DNA from: Bacteroidales bacterium | GTDB taxonomy: Bacteria; Bacteroidota; Bacteroidia; Bacteroidales; JAAYUG01 | DNA: 64,000 bases | Assembly (NCBI GenBank): GCA_012517825.1 | Contig: JAAYUG010000028.1 | Span: 667 to 64,666, forward strand | Direction of reading: 5' to 3' | Shown here: one piece after another, positions 45,196 to 53,515 of the stretch | Position numbering within the stretch: the stretch's first letter is position 1 | How the letters are laid out: each line of letters starts with the position of its first letter | Made by a program: the position numbers and the translations under genes | Notes under the pieces: model-generated | Database searches by the model: none | What the model saw: only the letters and a program-made list of their open reading frames with translations | Told to the model about the DNA's origin: nothing

Positions 45196-46167
45196 ATGGA
45201 GTTGCTGCGTTTTACAACAAAGGGTATATATTGTGAACAGGCCGGTGTTTACATTGATCCGGTTCGCCGTGTTGACAAAGCGTTGATAACGCATGCGCAT
45301 TCCGATCATGCCGTTGCTGGACACCGGCATTACCTTGCGACACAACAAACAGCATTGCTTCTCAGGCACAGGCTTGGGAAAAAGCCCCTGATTCAGGGGA
45401 TAGCCTATAACTATCCGTTGAAAATCAATGGTGTTACTGTTTCATTTCATCCGGCAGGCCATGTATTTGGTTCAGCCCAGATACGCCTGGAATACAAGGG
45501 AGAGGTATGGGTGGTTTCCGGCGATTATAAGCTGATAAATGACAGGATCAGTGAACCTTTTGAGCCGGTAAAGTGTCATACTTTTGTTACCGAAACTACA
45601 TTCGGAATGCCCCGTTTTGTCTGGGAACCACAGGAAACTATTTTTCACAGAATTTACGCCTGGTGGCAACGAAACAAAGAAGAAGGCCGGATTTCTGTGC
45701 TGATGGGGTATCCTCTCGGAAAGTCCCAGCACCTGCTGGCTTTTCTCAGTGAATTTGGCGGGAATATTTATGTACACAATGAAACAGAGCTCATCAATCA
45801 GATCATACGAAATGCCGGAACAAAGCTGGCTGCATTTTCCATTTATAACAAGCACAGCAGGGAAGAGGAATTGAACGGTGCGTTGATTATTGCACCACCT
45901 TCCATACGAAAGTCTCCCTGGCTGTACAATTTAAAAAACTATTCCCTTGCCATGGTCTCGGGATGGATTTCAGCCAAAAAGAGACCTCAGCAGACCCTGT
46001 TCGGAGACAGCGGTTTTGCCCTTTCTGATCATGCTGATTTTCCGGGGTTGGTGCAGGCAGTTACATCAACCGGAGCAGAGCGGATTATCACCATGCACGG
46101 ATATGCTGCACAATTTGCCCGTTCCCTTAATGAAATGGGATTCCGGGCTGAAACAGCACTTCAATAA
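45196..46167 (+). CDS. Metallo-beta-lactamase-fold 'ligase-associated DNA damage response' exonuclease-like protein
   Basis: ITHAHSDH (HxHxDH), ...FHPAGHVFGSAQIRLEY.GEVWVVSGDYK..., C-terminal ...LSDHADF..L.........ERIITMHGY. Confidence 0.7.
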   Translation: MELLRFTTKGIYCEQAGVYIDPVRRVDKALITHAHSDHAVAGHRHYLATQQTALLLRHRLGKKPLIQGIAYNYPLKINGVTVSFHPAGHVFGSAQIRLEYKGEVWVVSGDYKLINDRISEPFEPVKCHTFVTETTFGMPRFVWEPQETIFHRIYAWWQRNKEEGRISVLMGYPLGKSQHLLAFLSEFGGNIYVHNETELINQIIRNAGTKLAAFSIYNKHSREEELNGALIIAPPSIRKSPWLYNLKNYSLAMVSGWISAKKRPQQTLFGDSGFALSDHADFPGLVQAVTSTGAERIITMHGYAAQFARSLNEMGFRAETALQ

Positions 46168-46182
46168 AAGCTAAGGTATTCT

Positions 46183-47310
46183 ATGAAACGCAAGAAAAAA
46201 CCTACACCTGCAGGTTTCAGATCGTTGAAGCTGGAAACGGACCCCGGGACATATTCGTGGTGTGCCTGCGGAAGAAGCAAAAATCAGCCCTTTTGTGACG
46301 GCTCGCATCAGGGAACTGCCTTCCGGCCGGTTTCTGTTACCATTAATGAAAAAAAGCTGGTAAAATGGTGTCTTTGTAAGCAGACCAAAACCCCACCCTT
46401 CTGTGACCACTCTCACAGAGAATTGCCAGGATACCAGCTGGAAGGGAAGTACTGTATGGTTACCGGTGCCAGCTCAGGAATTGGTAAGGCTGTAGTTCTC
46501 CTTCTTTTACGCAACGGGGCTAACGTTATTATGGTGAGCCGCAACCGTGAAAGAGGGCGGAGATTCTTTGAACGGGTGCATGAAATGTATCCAAAGAAAA
46601 CAGACTGGATTCCGGCTGATCTTTCCTCGGTTAATTCGGTGAAGGGATTGGTGGCAGAATTCACCTCACGGTATGAAAAGTTGCATTATTTATTTGATTG
46701 CGCAGGTGAGTTGATTGCTGAAAAAACCTTTACTCCGGATGGTTTCGACAGGCATCTGGCATCGAATTACCTTGGGCATTTTCTGCTGGTTCACCTGCTC
46801 CGGAAATCTTTGATGAACGGAGCGCCTTCGAGGGTAATCATAGTTTCCGGCCGGCAGCATAAGCCGGGTATTTTTGCGGGCGGAGAATTGCTTCCCGATA
46901 AAGAGAATCTCACAGGCAAACGAAGGTTTTCATTTGTAAAATCTTCCCGTCAGGCTGTTCTGGCAAAAATTATGTTCACCTATGAACTGGCAAGACGGTG
47001 GGCAGGAACAGGTATTGAGGTGTGTACTGTATGTCCGGGCCTTACGCGTACCCATCTTACCGATCATGCACCCTGGTTTATTCAGATTCTGGCAAAGGCA
47101 GCTTATGTCGTAAGAAGATCGCAGTCACCGGAATCAGCGGCAAATCACCTGATAAGGCTTGCCTTAATGGATAACGTAAACGGTAAGTATTTTGAAGGGT
47201 CTGTGAACGGACTCCATGAGGCACAGTCGTCGGATGAATCATACGATGCCGCCAAGGCAGAACGCCTCTGGAATGAAACGGAAAAACTGCTTCATCTTGA
47301 CGAAGAATAG
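46183..47310 (+). CDS. Tandem CDGSH iron-sulfur domains fused to a short-chain dehydrogenase/reductase (SDR) domain
   Basis: CACGRSKNQPFCDGSH and CLCKQTKTPPFCDHSH (CDGSH-type [2Fe-2S] motifs), then VTGASSGIGKA (TGxxxGxG Rossmann motif) and an SDR core. Confidence 0.8.
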   Translation: MKRKKKPTPAGFRSLKLETDPGTYSWCACGRSKNQPFCDGSHQGTAFRPVSVTINEKKLVKWCLCKQTKTPPFCDHSHRELPGYQLEGKYCMVTGASSGIGKAVVLLLLRNGANVIMVSRNRERGRRFFERVHEMYPKKTDWIPADLSSVNSVKGLVAEFTSRYEKLHYLFDCAGELIAEKTFTPDGFDRHLASNYLGHFLLVHLLRKSLMNGAPSRVIIVSGRQHKPGIFAGGELLPDKENLTGKRRFSFVKSSRQAVLAKIMFTYELARRWAGTGIEVCTVCPGLTRTHLTDHAPWFIQILAKAAYVVRRSQSPESAANHLIRLALMDNVNGKYFEGSVNGLHEAQSSDESYDAAKAERLWNETEKLLHLDEE

Positions 47311-47321
47311 TAAATCCTTAT

Positions 47322-47463
47322 ACCCGGATTGCGCATCAAAAAGTGTGCAATGTACCTCAGGAGACGCTTTCAGTGCGTTTCAGCGAAGTTAACCCATATT
47401 CCTGCGCCAAAAGCCAACCCACTGCGCATTAGTTGGTTTTTGCTCCTGATGCGCAATCCGGGT
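47322..47463. repeat. Perfect 17-bp inverted repeat (ACCCGGATTGCGCATCA / TGATGCGCAATCCGGGT) enclosing 108 nt
   Basis: Read directly from the sequence at 47322-47338 and 47447-47463. The interior has further TGCGC(A) copies and a weak hairpin + T-run (47411-47441). Confidence 0.7.
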
Positions 47464-47539
47464 TTAAAGAAATCTGGTAACAAATTGGCGAATACCTATC
47501 GGGTGATTCACTTCAGTACCGGGACCTCCTGCAACGGTT

Positions 47540-47776
47540 TTATTGATCACCCTTTCCTACCTGCGACTTTTTGAATTCTTCAGAATATTTTTTCCGGAGA
47601 ATGATCTGGTACTGAAACATTTGATTTTTCAGGCGAACGATATCGTCCTCAATCCGTTTCTTATCCGTTTCGTTGAGTCCTTCCTCCTTCAGAAACTGAT
47701 AAGATACGAGAATTTTTTTCTGTTGCTCAGAAATGATCTGCTCAAGTTCCTCTATACTATACTCTTGCAAATCCAT
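47540..47776 (-). CDS. Hypothetical small coiled-coil protein (78 aa)
   Basis: Charged helical sequence (MDLQEYSIEELEQIISEQQKK...). No family recognised. Confidence 0.4.
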   Translation of the reverse strand: MDLQEYSIEELEQIISEQQKKILVSYQFLKEEGLNETDKKRIEDDIVRLKNQMFQYQIILRKKYSEEFKKSQVGKGDQ

Positions 47777-47882
47777 ATGGTTCTCCCTTCTTGTTGATTA
47801 AAAGTAACAAAAAAACTTCAAAGAAAGTTTGAGCCGGCCGGTTTTTTGATTATCAATTTATCAACAGGGATAAAAGCAAATA

Positions 47883-48944
47883 TTATGCCGATGAGTGTTC
47901 AAAACGAAGAACTTTTGCTCCTCTGATCCGGCGATGTTTAATATCATGCAGGGCCTGATTGGCTTGCAGGAAGTCGTAAACCTCCACCTGGGGCTTAATG
48001 GGGATGCGGGCGGCAAGTTCCAGGAATTCATAAACATCCCTGCGCTCCACATTGGCAACTGATTTGATTTCCTTTTCCATCCACAGATCGGAAGGGTAAT
48101 TTACCTGCTGAAGAAAATGTTTATCTGAATCTTCTTTGCGTATGGCATTGATAATGAGACGGCCACCCGGAGCGAGGTTTCGCAGGGCATAAAGGATTGG
48201 TTTCCAGGCGGGAGTTGTATCAATGATGGTTTCGGGACTAATGGGCGGAATATCAGAGGTATCACCTGACCATACAGCGCCAAGTTGCAGGGCAAATTCT
48301 CTTTCCTCCGGCTGACGGGCAAAAACGATGATTTTACTTTCAGGATACATAAAACGGGCCAGCTTGAGTACCAGGTGGGCTGAAGCACCAAAGCCAGTCA
48401 AACCCAGGGTCTTGCCATTGGTGATTCCGGAAAGACGCAGGGAACGGTATCCGATAGCCCCGGCACAGAGGAGCGGGGCAGCTTCCACATCAGTAAATGA
48501 ATCAGGAATCGGATACACATAATCTTCCTTCGCCACCATAAATTCTGCATAACCCCCGTTTACATCCCTTCCGGTAGCTTTAAAATCGGGACAAAGGTTT
48601 TCCTGATCTGACCTGCAGAAGCTGCAACTGCCGCAGGCCGAAAAGATCCAGGCCACACCTACACGCGTTCCTGGAGGATATTTTCCGGAATCAGGACCAT
48701 GCTTGACGATCGTGCCTATCACCTGATGCCCGGGGATAATGGGAAGGGAGGGAGGAGGCGTACGCCCTTCGATTTCGTCGAGTTCGGTGTGGCATACTCC
48801 GCAGGCATTAACCCGAAGAAGAATCTCCCCCCTGCCGGGTTCCGGAACGGGAAGATCGTACAGAGACAATGGCTGTACCCCTTCCGAAAGTTGCATAATG
48901 TTTTCAATCATCCATGCTTTCATACCGGTACAATTATTTGCCAA
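47883..48944 (-). CDS. Zinc-dependent alcohol dehydrogenase family protein
   Basis: GVCHTELDE..G (catalytic Zn), structural Zn cluster CGSCSFC....NLC, GFGASAHL dinucleotide-binding motif. The start may be 48923. Confidence 0.85.
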   Translation of the reverse strand: MANNCTGMKAWMIENIMQLSEGVQPLSLYDLPVPEPGRGEILLRVNACGVCHTELDEIEGRTPPPSLPIIPGHQVIGTIVKHGPDSGKYPPGTRVGVAWIFSACGSCSFCRSDQENLCPDFKATGRDVNGGYAEFMVAKEDYVYPIPDSFTDVEAAPLLCAGAIGYRSLRLSGITNGKTLGLTGFGASAHLVLKLARFMYPESKIIVFARQPEEREFALQLGAVWSGDTSDIPPISPETIIDTTPAWKPILYALRNLAPGGRLIINAIRKEDSDKHFLQQVNYPSDLWMEKEIKSVANVERRDVYEFLELAARIPIKPQVEVYDFLQANQALHDIKHRRIRGAKVLRFEHSSA

Positions 48945-49413
48945 GAGCTTTACTTATGATGGCTTCCATTTCGCAGGCCGCATTTTTCATGGTGCGGCTG
49001 ATTATTCCTCCGGCAAAAAGAGAAATCATTTTCGGATTCATCAACGAAACGTAAGTTTTTCCGTCTTTTCTTTCAAATACTGCAATCCGGCATGGCATTA
49101 GGGATGCTGCCAGCTTTTCCGCATCGTGAGAGAGAATTTCGTAAGCAAATTCCGGCTTACAGAATTCACAAATCCTGATCTGACTGATTTTTTTCCCCCA
49201 CTTCAGCATGGTTTCCTGAAGATCATGAACCATTGGCACTTTCCAGTTATTTCTTTCCGCCTCTACTCTCAATGCATCGCAGGTGTCAATGAAAGAAAAC
49301 GGGCTTTTATCTTCCAGAAAAAAAATCCGGAAGAAAAAAAGCCTGAAAAACAGATATACAAGAAGGATACCTGTTGCGATACCCAGAATGAGCCCTGTTA
49401 TAAAACCAGCCAT
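48934..49413 (-). CDS. DUF302 domain protein with an N-terminal TM anchor
   Basis: An N-terminal hydrophobic helix, then ...ICEFCKPEFAYEIL......LMPCRIAVFE..DGKTYVS.MNP, typical of DUF302. Confidence 0.7.
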   Translation of the reverse strand: MAGFITGLILGIATGILLVYLFFRLFFFRIFFLEDKSPFSFIDTCDALRVEAERNNWKVPMVHDLQETMLKWGKKISQIRICEFCKPEFAYEILSHDAEKLAASLMPCRIAVFERKDGKTYVSLMNPKMISLFAGGIISRTMKNAACEMEAIISKALGK

Positions 49414-49594
49414 AGTAAATCAGTTTAAATTAGCCAATATGCTTTCAAAAGACAATTATCCCGGTTGACCAGAGTTTGTTTCGAAAAATTTGCCAGGTGG
49501 GTACAACATCTGACTGTTTATGATGCCTCTTTTTTTCTGCCTCCGTATGATTTATTGATTAAAAATACGAAATTGGCAGGAAAAAGAAAAGCGA

Positions 49595-50965
49595 TTGAAT
49601 CACGCCAGGGTTCGGCTGTATAAGGAAGGTAATCCGGATGCAGGACCTGTTGTCTACTGGATGAGCCGCGATCAGCGTGCACAGGACAACTGGGCCCTTA
49701 TTTTTGCGGATATGCTGGCCAGAGACAATAAAAGGCCTCTGGTGGTTGTTTTTCATTTGCTTCCGGCATTTTCAGGGGCCGCCATACGGCATTACCGTTT
49801 TATGATAAATGGCCTGAGGGAGCTTCAACTTCGGCTGAATGACCTGGGCATTTCATTTTTTGTTTCTACCGGTGAAAAAGGACTGGTTTCCTTTCTGCAA
49901 AAAATTAAGGCGGGTTTTCTTGTAACTGATTTTGATCCGTTGCGGACCAAAAGGTTCTGGAAGCAGGAAACGGTTAAATCGCTTGCTATCCCTGTTTATG
50001 AAGTTGATGCGCACAATATAGTTCCCTGTTGGGTAGCTTCAGACAAACAGGAATACGGAGCCTATACATTTCGTCCAAAAATTCATCGGCTTTTGCCTGT
50101 TTTTCTTGATCCATTTCCTGAACTGGAAAAACAAAAATTCCCTTTCCGGCTTAATGAACCGCCTGACTGGAATTTGCTTTCTTCCGTTCCACAGGCGCCT
50201 TCAGCGGGTCCGGACATCCGGCATATTCATCCGGGAGAAAAAGCAGCGAAAAAAGGTTTGGAAAACTTTCTGGAAAATGGATTGGCAGAATATGAAGAAA
50301 AGAGGAATGATCCATGCGAGGATGGAACTTCCGGATTTTCTCCATGGCTGCATTTCGGGCATATCAGTGCTCAGCGGATTGCTCTGGAAATCCTGAAACA
50401 GGTTCCTAAAATACGGGGAACAGATGCCTTTCTTGAACAACTCATTATCCGGCGTGAACTGGCCGATAATTTTTGCTATTATAATTCAATGTACGACCGT
50501 TTTGAAGGTTTTCCCGAATGGGCAAAAAAGACGCTGAATAAACACCAGAACGATGAAAGGGAGTATTTGTATACCGAAGAAGAATTCGAAAATGCTCTTA
50601 CCCATGATGAACTCTGGAATGCCGCACAAAAAGAAATGGTACTAACGGGGAAGATGCATAATTACATGCGGATGTACTGGGCTAAAAAAATCCTTGAATG
50701 GACATCTTCTCCCGAAGAAGCATTGCGCATTGCCATAAAACTGAACGACAAATACGAGCTTGATGGCAGGGATCCGAATGGCTATACCGGATGCGCATGG
50801 GCCATTGGCGGAGTACATGACAGGCCATGGGGAGAACGTCCGGTTTACGGAACCATCCGGTTTATGAATGACCGGGGTGCTGCAACAAAGTTCAATACGA
50901 AACAGTATATTCGCAAGGTACATAACCTGGATCTTTTGGAAAATACCGAAAATAAAAATCCATGA
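49595..50965 (+). CDS. Deoxyribodipyrimidine photolyase (class II CPD photolyase-like)
   Basis: ...VVYWMSRDQRAQDNWAL..., ...SPWLHFGHISAQR..., ...MHNYMRMYWAKKILEW..., ...GRDPNGY.GC.WAIGG.HDR.W. TTG start as listed. Confidence 0.85.
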   Translation: MNHARVRLYKEGNPDAGPVVYWMSRDQRAQDNWALIFADMLARDNKRPLVVVFHLLPAFSGAAIRHYRFMINGLRELQLRLNDLGISFFVSTGEKGLVSFLQKIKAGFLVTDFDPLRTKRFWKQETVKSLAIPVYEVDAHNIVPCWVASDKQEYGAYTFRPKIHRLLPVFLDPFPELEKQKFPFRLNEPPDWNLLSSVPQAPSAGPDIRHIHPGEKAAKKGLENFLENGLAEYEEKRNDPCEDGTSGFSPWLHFGHISAQRIALEILKQVPKIRGTDAFLEQLIIRRELADNFCYYNSMYDRFEGFPEWAKKTLNKHQNDEREYLYTEEEFENALTHDELWNAAQKEMVLTGKMHNYMRMYWAKKILEWTSSPEEALRIAIKLNDKYELDGRDPNGYTGCAWAIGGVHDRPWGERPVYGTIRFMNDRGAATKFNTKQYIRKVHNLDLLENTENKNP

Positions 50966-52353
50966 AGAAGGGAATGTTTATTTGTTGTTTGCTTCTTTTG
51001 CAGATATCACTTTCTGGCCAGATTCCGCAGGAAGTATTCGAAGCAAGAAGAAATGCCCTGATGGCGAAAATTCATGACGGAATTGCCATTCTGGGTGCGG
51101 CTTTTGATGAGGAATCCAACCGGCATGAATACCATCAGGATGCTTTGTTCCGCTATTTTACAGGTATTAATCAGCCGGGAATCATCATCGTACTGCATCC
51201 GGCTGGTGAACATAAGTACAGTATTTTCCTGCCGGAACAAAGTCTGATTGCAAGGATTTACGGTGGTAGCCGTTTGTCGGCTCAGGAGCTGAAACAAACC
51301 TATAAAGCCGATACGGTATATTCTTTCAGAGTGTTTTCTGAAATTATGAAGAGAATTGCAAAGCCCGGGGTCAGTATTTACAGAGATCCTTCCAACCGTT
51401 TCAGTGAAAACATTCTTACAAGTCTGGCAAAGGATGGCAAGCTGAATAAGGCCACCATGGCTGATCTTCGGCCTTTAACGGATGAAATGCGCCTGATAAA
51501 AGATTCAACAGAAATAGAATGTTTGCGGAAAGCCATTAACATCACGTGCAAGGCCCTGGAAGATGCCTATGCGGTTTGCAAACCGGGAATGTATGAGTAT
51601 GAAATTGAAGCAGCCATTGAATACAGATTCCGGAAGGAAGGTTCTCCTATGCCGGGATATCGTTCCATAATAGGTTCAGGTCCTAATGCCACCGTGTTGC
51701 ACTACGATCAGAATACACGATTAATGCACAACGGAGATCTGCTGCTCATGGATGTTGGTGCGGAATGGGAAGGTTACTCGGCAGATGTTACACGTACCAT
51801 TCCGGTCAGCGGAACTTTTACGAAAGAACAGGAAGAAATTTATCAGCTGGTTTTGAAAGCGGAAGAAGAAGCCATAAAATATATGGTGCCCGGAAGAGGC
51901 GTTCTGGAATGCCATCACAGGGCGGCTGATGTTATCTGCGATGGACTGTACAGGCTCGGATTGATGACCGATCCTGAATCTCTCTGGCAGAGAAAGTTTT
52001 ATATTATTTACCGCGTAAATCACTGGCTTGGGCTGGATGTACACGATGTGGGAAGTTACGGGCCTGCCTCGGAAGACTACCGGACCTATATGTTCAATAA
52101 GGAAGTCAAGGGAAGACCTTTAGTTCCCGGTATGGTCAGTACCATTGAACCTGGTTTGTACTTCCGGCCGGATGGCCTTCAGCAACTCAGGGAAATTGCA
52201 GGAAATCTGGCAACAGAGAAAGAAATTGCGACGTTTCTTGAAAAAGTGGGTCCGGTTTATGAAAAATATAAAAATATTGGGATACGTATAGAAGACGATG
52301 TGCTCATAACATCCAACGGAAATGAGGTGCTGTCGTCATGCATCCCCAAATAG
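50962..52353 (+). CDS. Xaa-Pro aminopeptidase (M24B, aminopeptidase P family) with a signal peptide
   Basis: N-terminal AMP_N-type domain. Metal ligands are in ...LLLMDVGAEWEGYSADVTRT..., ...HWLGLDVHD..., ...EPG.Y..., ...IGIRIEDDVLIT. Confidence 0.85.
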   Translation: MKKGMFICCLLLLQISLSGQIPQEVFEARRNALMAKIHDGIAILGAAFDEESNRHEYHQDALFRYFTGINQPGIIIVLHPAGEHKYSIFLPEQSLIARIYGGSRLSAQELKQTYKADTVYSFRVFSEIMKRIAKPGVSIYRDPSNRFSENILTSLAKDGKLNKATMADLRPLTDEMRLIKDSTEIECLRKAINITCKALEDAYAVCKPGMYEYEIEAAIEYRFRKEGSPMPGYRSIIGSGPNATVLHYDQNTRLMHNGDLLLMDVGAEWEGYSADVTRTIPVSGTFTKEQEEIYQLVLKAEEEAIKYMVPGRGVLECHHRAADVICDGLYRLGLMTDPESLWQRKFYIIYRVNHWLGLDVHDVGSYGPASEDYRTYMFNKEVKGRPLVPGMVSTIEPGLYFRPDGLQQLREIAGNLATEKEIATFLEKVGPVYEKYKNIGIRIEDDVLITSNGNEVLSSCIPK

Positions 52354-52449
52354 TCTATACCGCTCATTGCATCAGAAAAATTCCTATGCAATGCGTTTCG
52401 CTTTCGCTGAACCGAAAAGGTTCCCGATAGAACGGAAGGAGTAAACCTG

Positions 52450-52488
52450 ATTCATTCATTTTCAGTGAGAAACAGAAAATGAATGAAT
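52450..52488. terminator. Possible bidirectional hairpin between convergent genes (no U-tract)
   Basis: Perfect 14-bp stem ATTCATTCATTTTC / GAAAATGAATGAAT with an 11-nt loop. It is AT-rich and has no flanking T-run, so function is uncertain. Confidence 0.3.
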
Positions 52489-52496
52489 AGCTGAGA

Positions 52497-52685
52497 TTAC
52501 TCTGATTTTTCAACCGTTGAGGTGCCCAGCAAAGTATAAAGCGGGCAAAAGCGGATCAATGCCGTAGCAAGAATTACCAGCCCGAGAAGACCCCACCAGC
52601 TTTCAAAAAAAATACCGGCGGCAGCGATCAGAAGGCCAAGAACTATTCGAATTGTGCGGTCAATACGCCCGATGTTTGGTTTCAT
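52497..52685 (-). CDS. DUF2892 (YgaP-like) small membrane protein
   Basis: NIGRIDRTIRIVLGL...two TMs...FCPLYTLLG is the DUF2892 signature. Confidence 0.7.
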   Translation of the reverse strand: MKPNIGRIDRTIRIVLGLLIAAAGIFFESWWGLLGLVILATALIRFCPLYTLLGTSTVEKSE

Positions 52686-52779
52686 AGTTGTAAGTTTTAA
52701 AGATTGAACTAATACAATTTGTTATGCTACTAACAATTGGCTGAATAAATAGTTCGACTGAACAATTATCGTTAGGACC

Positions 52780-53349
52780 TTACAACAGTTTTATTCCAAA
52801 AAGGTGTTCACAAAGGATTTTTATCCCAATCAAAATTAATATAATTCCACCGAAAATTTCCATTTTTCTTCCAAATCGTTCACCTGTTTTCTTGCCGAAG
52901 AGAATCCCGAGCATGGAAGCAATAAAAGTTACAGCTCCAATGATGAACCCTGCCGTAAGTATGCGGGTTTCGAAGAAGGCAAGACTTATACCGACAACCA
53001 GAGCATCAATACTGGTGGCAAGGCCAAGACCAGCCATAACCCGCGGTTGTAAAGGATTGAGCTGTTTCTTTTCTTCCTTTTTGAAACTTTCAGCGATCAT
53101 TTTTATGCCAATGATCAGCAAAAGTATAAAGGCAAGCCAGTGGTCGTAATCTGCAGCAAAGGTTCTCACCCTGGAACCAACTACCCAGCCAACAACCGGC
53201 ATAGCCCCCTGAAAAAAAGCAAAGGTCAGTGCAATTTTGGCGGCATTGAAGAAGGTTATACTGCTAAGTATCAATCCGGTAGTTACTGATACGGCAAATG
53301 TGTCAAAACAGAGCCCAATGGCCAGGAGAACCAGTGTAAAAAATTCCAT
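52780..53349 (-). CDS. mntP: Manganese efflux pump MntP
   Basis: 189 aa, 6 TMs, LAIGLCFDTFAVS and LATSIDALVVGISLAF repeat motifs of the MntP/YebN family. Confidence 0.85.
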   Translation of the reverse strand: MEFFTLVLLAIGLCFDTFAVSVTTGLILSSITFFNAAKIALTFAFFQGAMPVVGWVVGSRVRTFAADYDHWLAFILLLIIGIKMIAESFKKEEKKQLNPLQPRVMAGLGLATSIDALVVGISLAFFETRILTAGFIIGAVTFIASMLGILFGKKTGERFGRKMEIFGGIILILIGIKILCEHLFGIKLL

Positions 53350-53367
53350 ACATTATGATGAGGTGTG

Positions 53368-53375
53368 CAAAGGTA
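53368..53375 (-). promoter_or_regulatory. Bacteroidota-type -7 promoter box (TACCTTTG on the minus strand)
   Basis: Plus-strand CAAAGGTA, 18 nt upstream of the mntP ATG (53349). Confidence 0.4.
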
Positions 53376-53515
53376 TAAATTCAATTTAAAACCGAAATTC
53401 TGATATTGCTTTAACGCGTTATCTCCCCTGTTCACCCCGTTTTTTCCCCGGTTCGTCGAAACCATGTTGGATCCGGCAAGCAGTATAAAGTAAATTAGTA
53501 GTAAATTTCTTCACT

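Noticed and set aside
47329-47574. 81-aa ORF across the inverted-repeat element.
   Set aside because: It spans a perfect 17-bp inverted repeat and palindromes, and has an Arg/Leu/Phe-rich non-protein-like sequence. The region is better explained as non-coding.
53376-53515. Possible yybP-ykoY (Mn2+) riboswitch upstream of mntP. The minus strand contains ...CAGGGGAGATAACGCG..., which resembles the GGGGAGUAG core.
   Set aside because: The second conserved half of the motif (UUGACAUA / AGCAAGACC-like) is not recognisable. A good -7 box (TACCTTTG) lies only 18 nt from the mntP ATG, downstream of the candidate, leaving no room for a leader. An Rfam cmscan would settle it.
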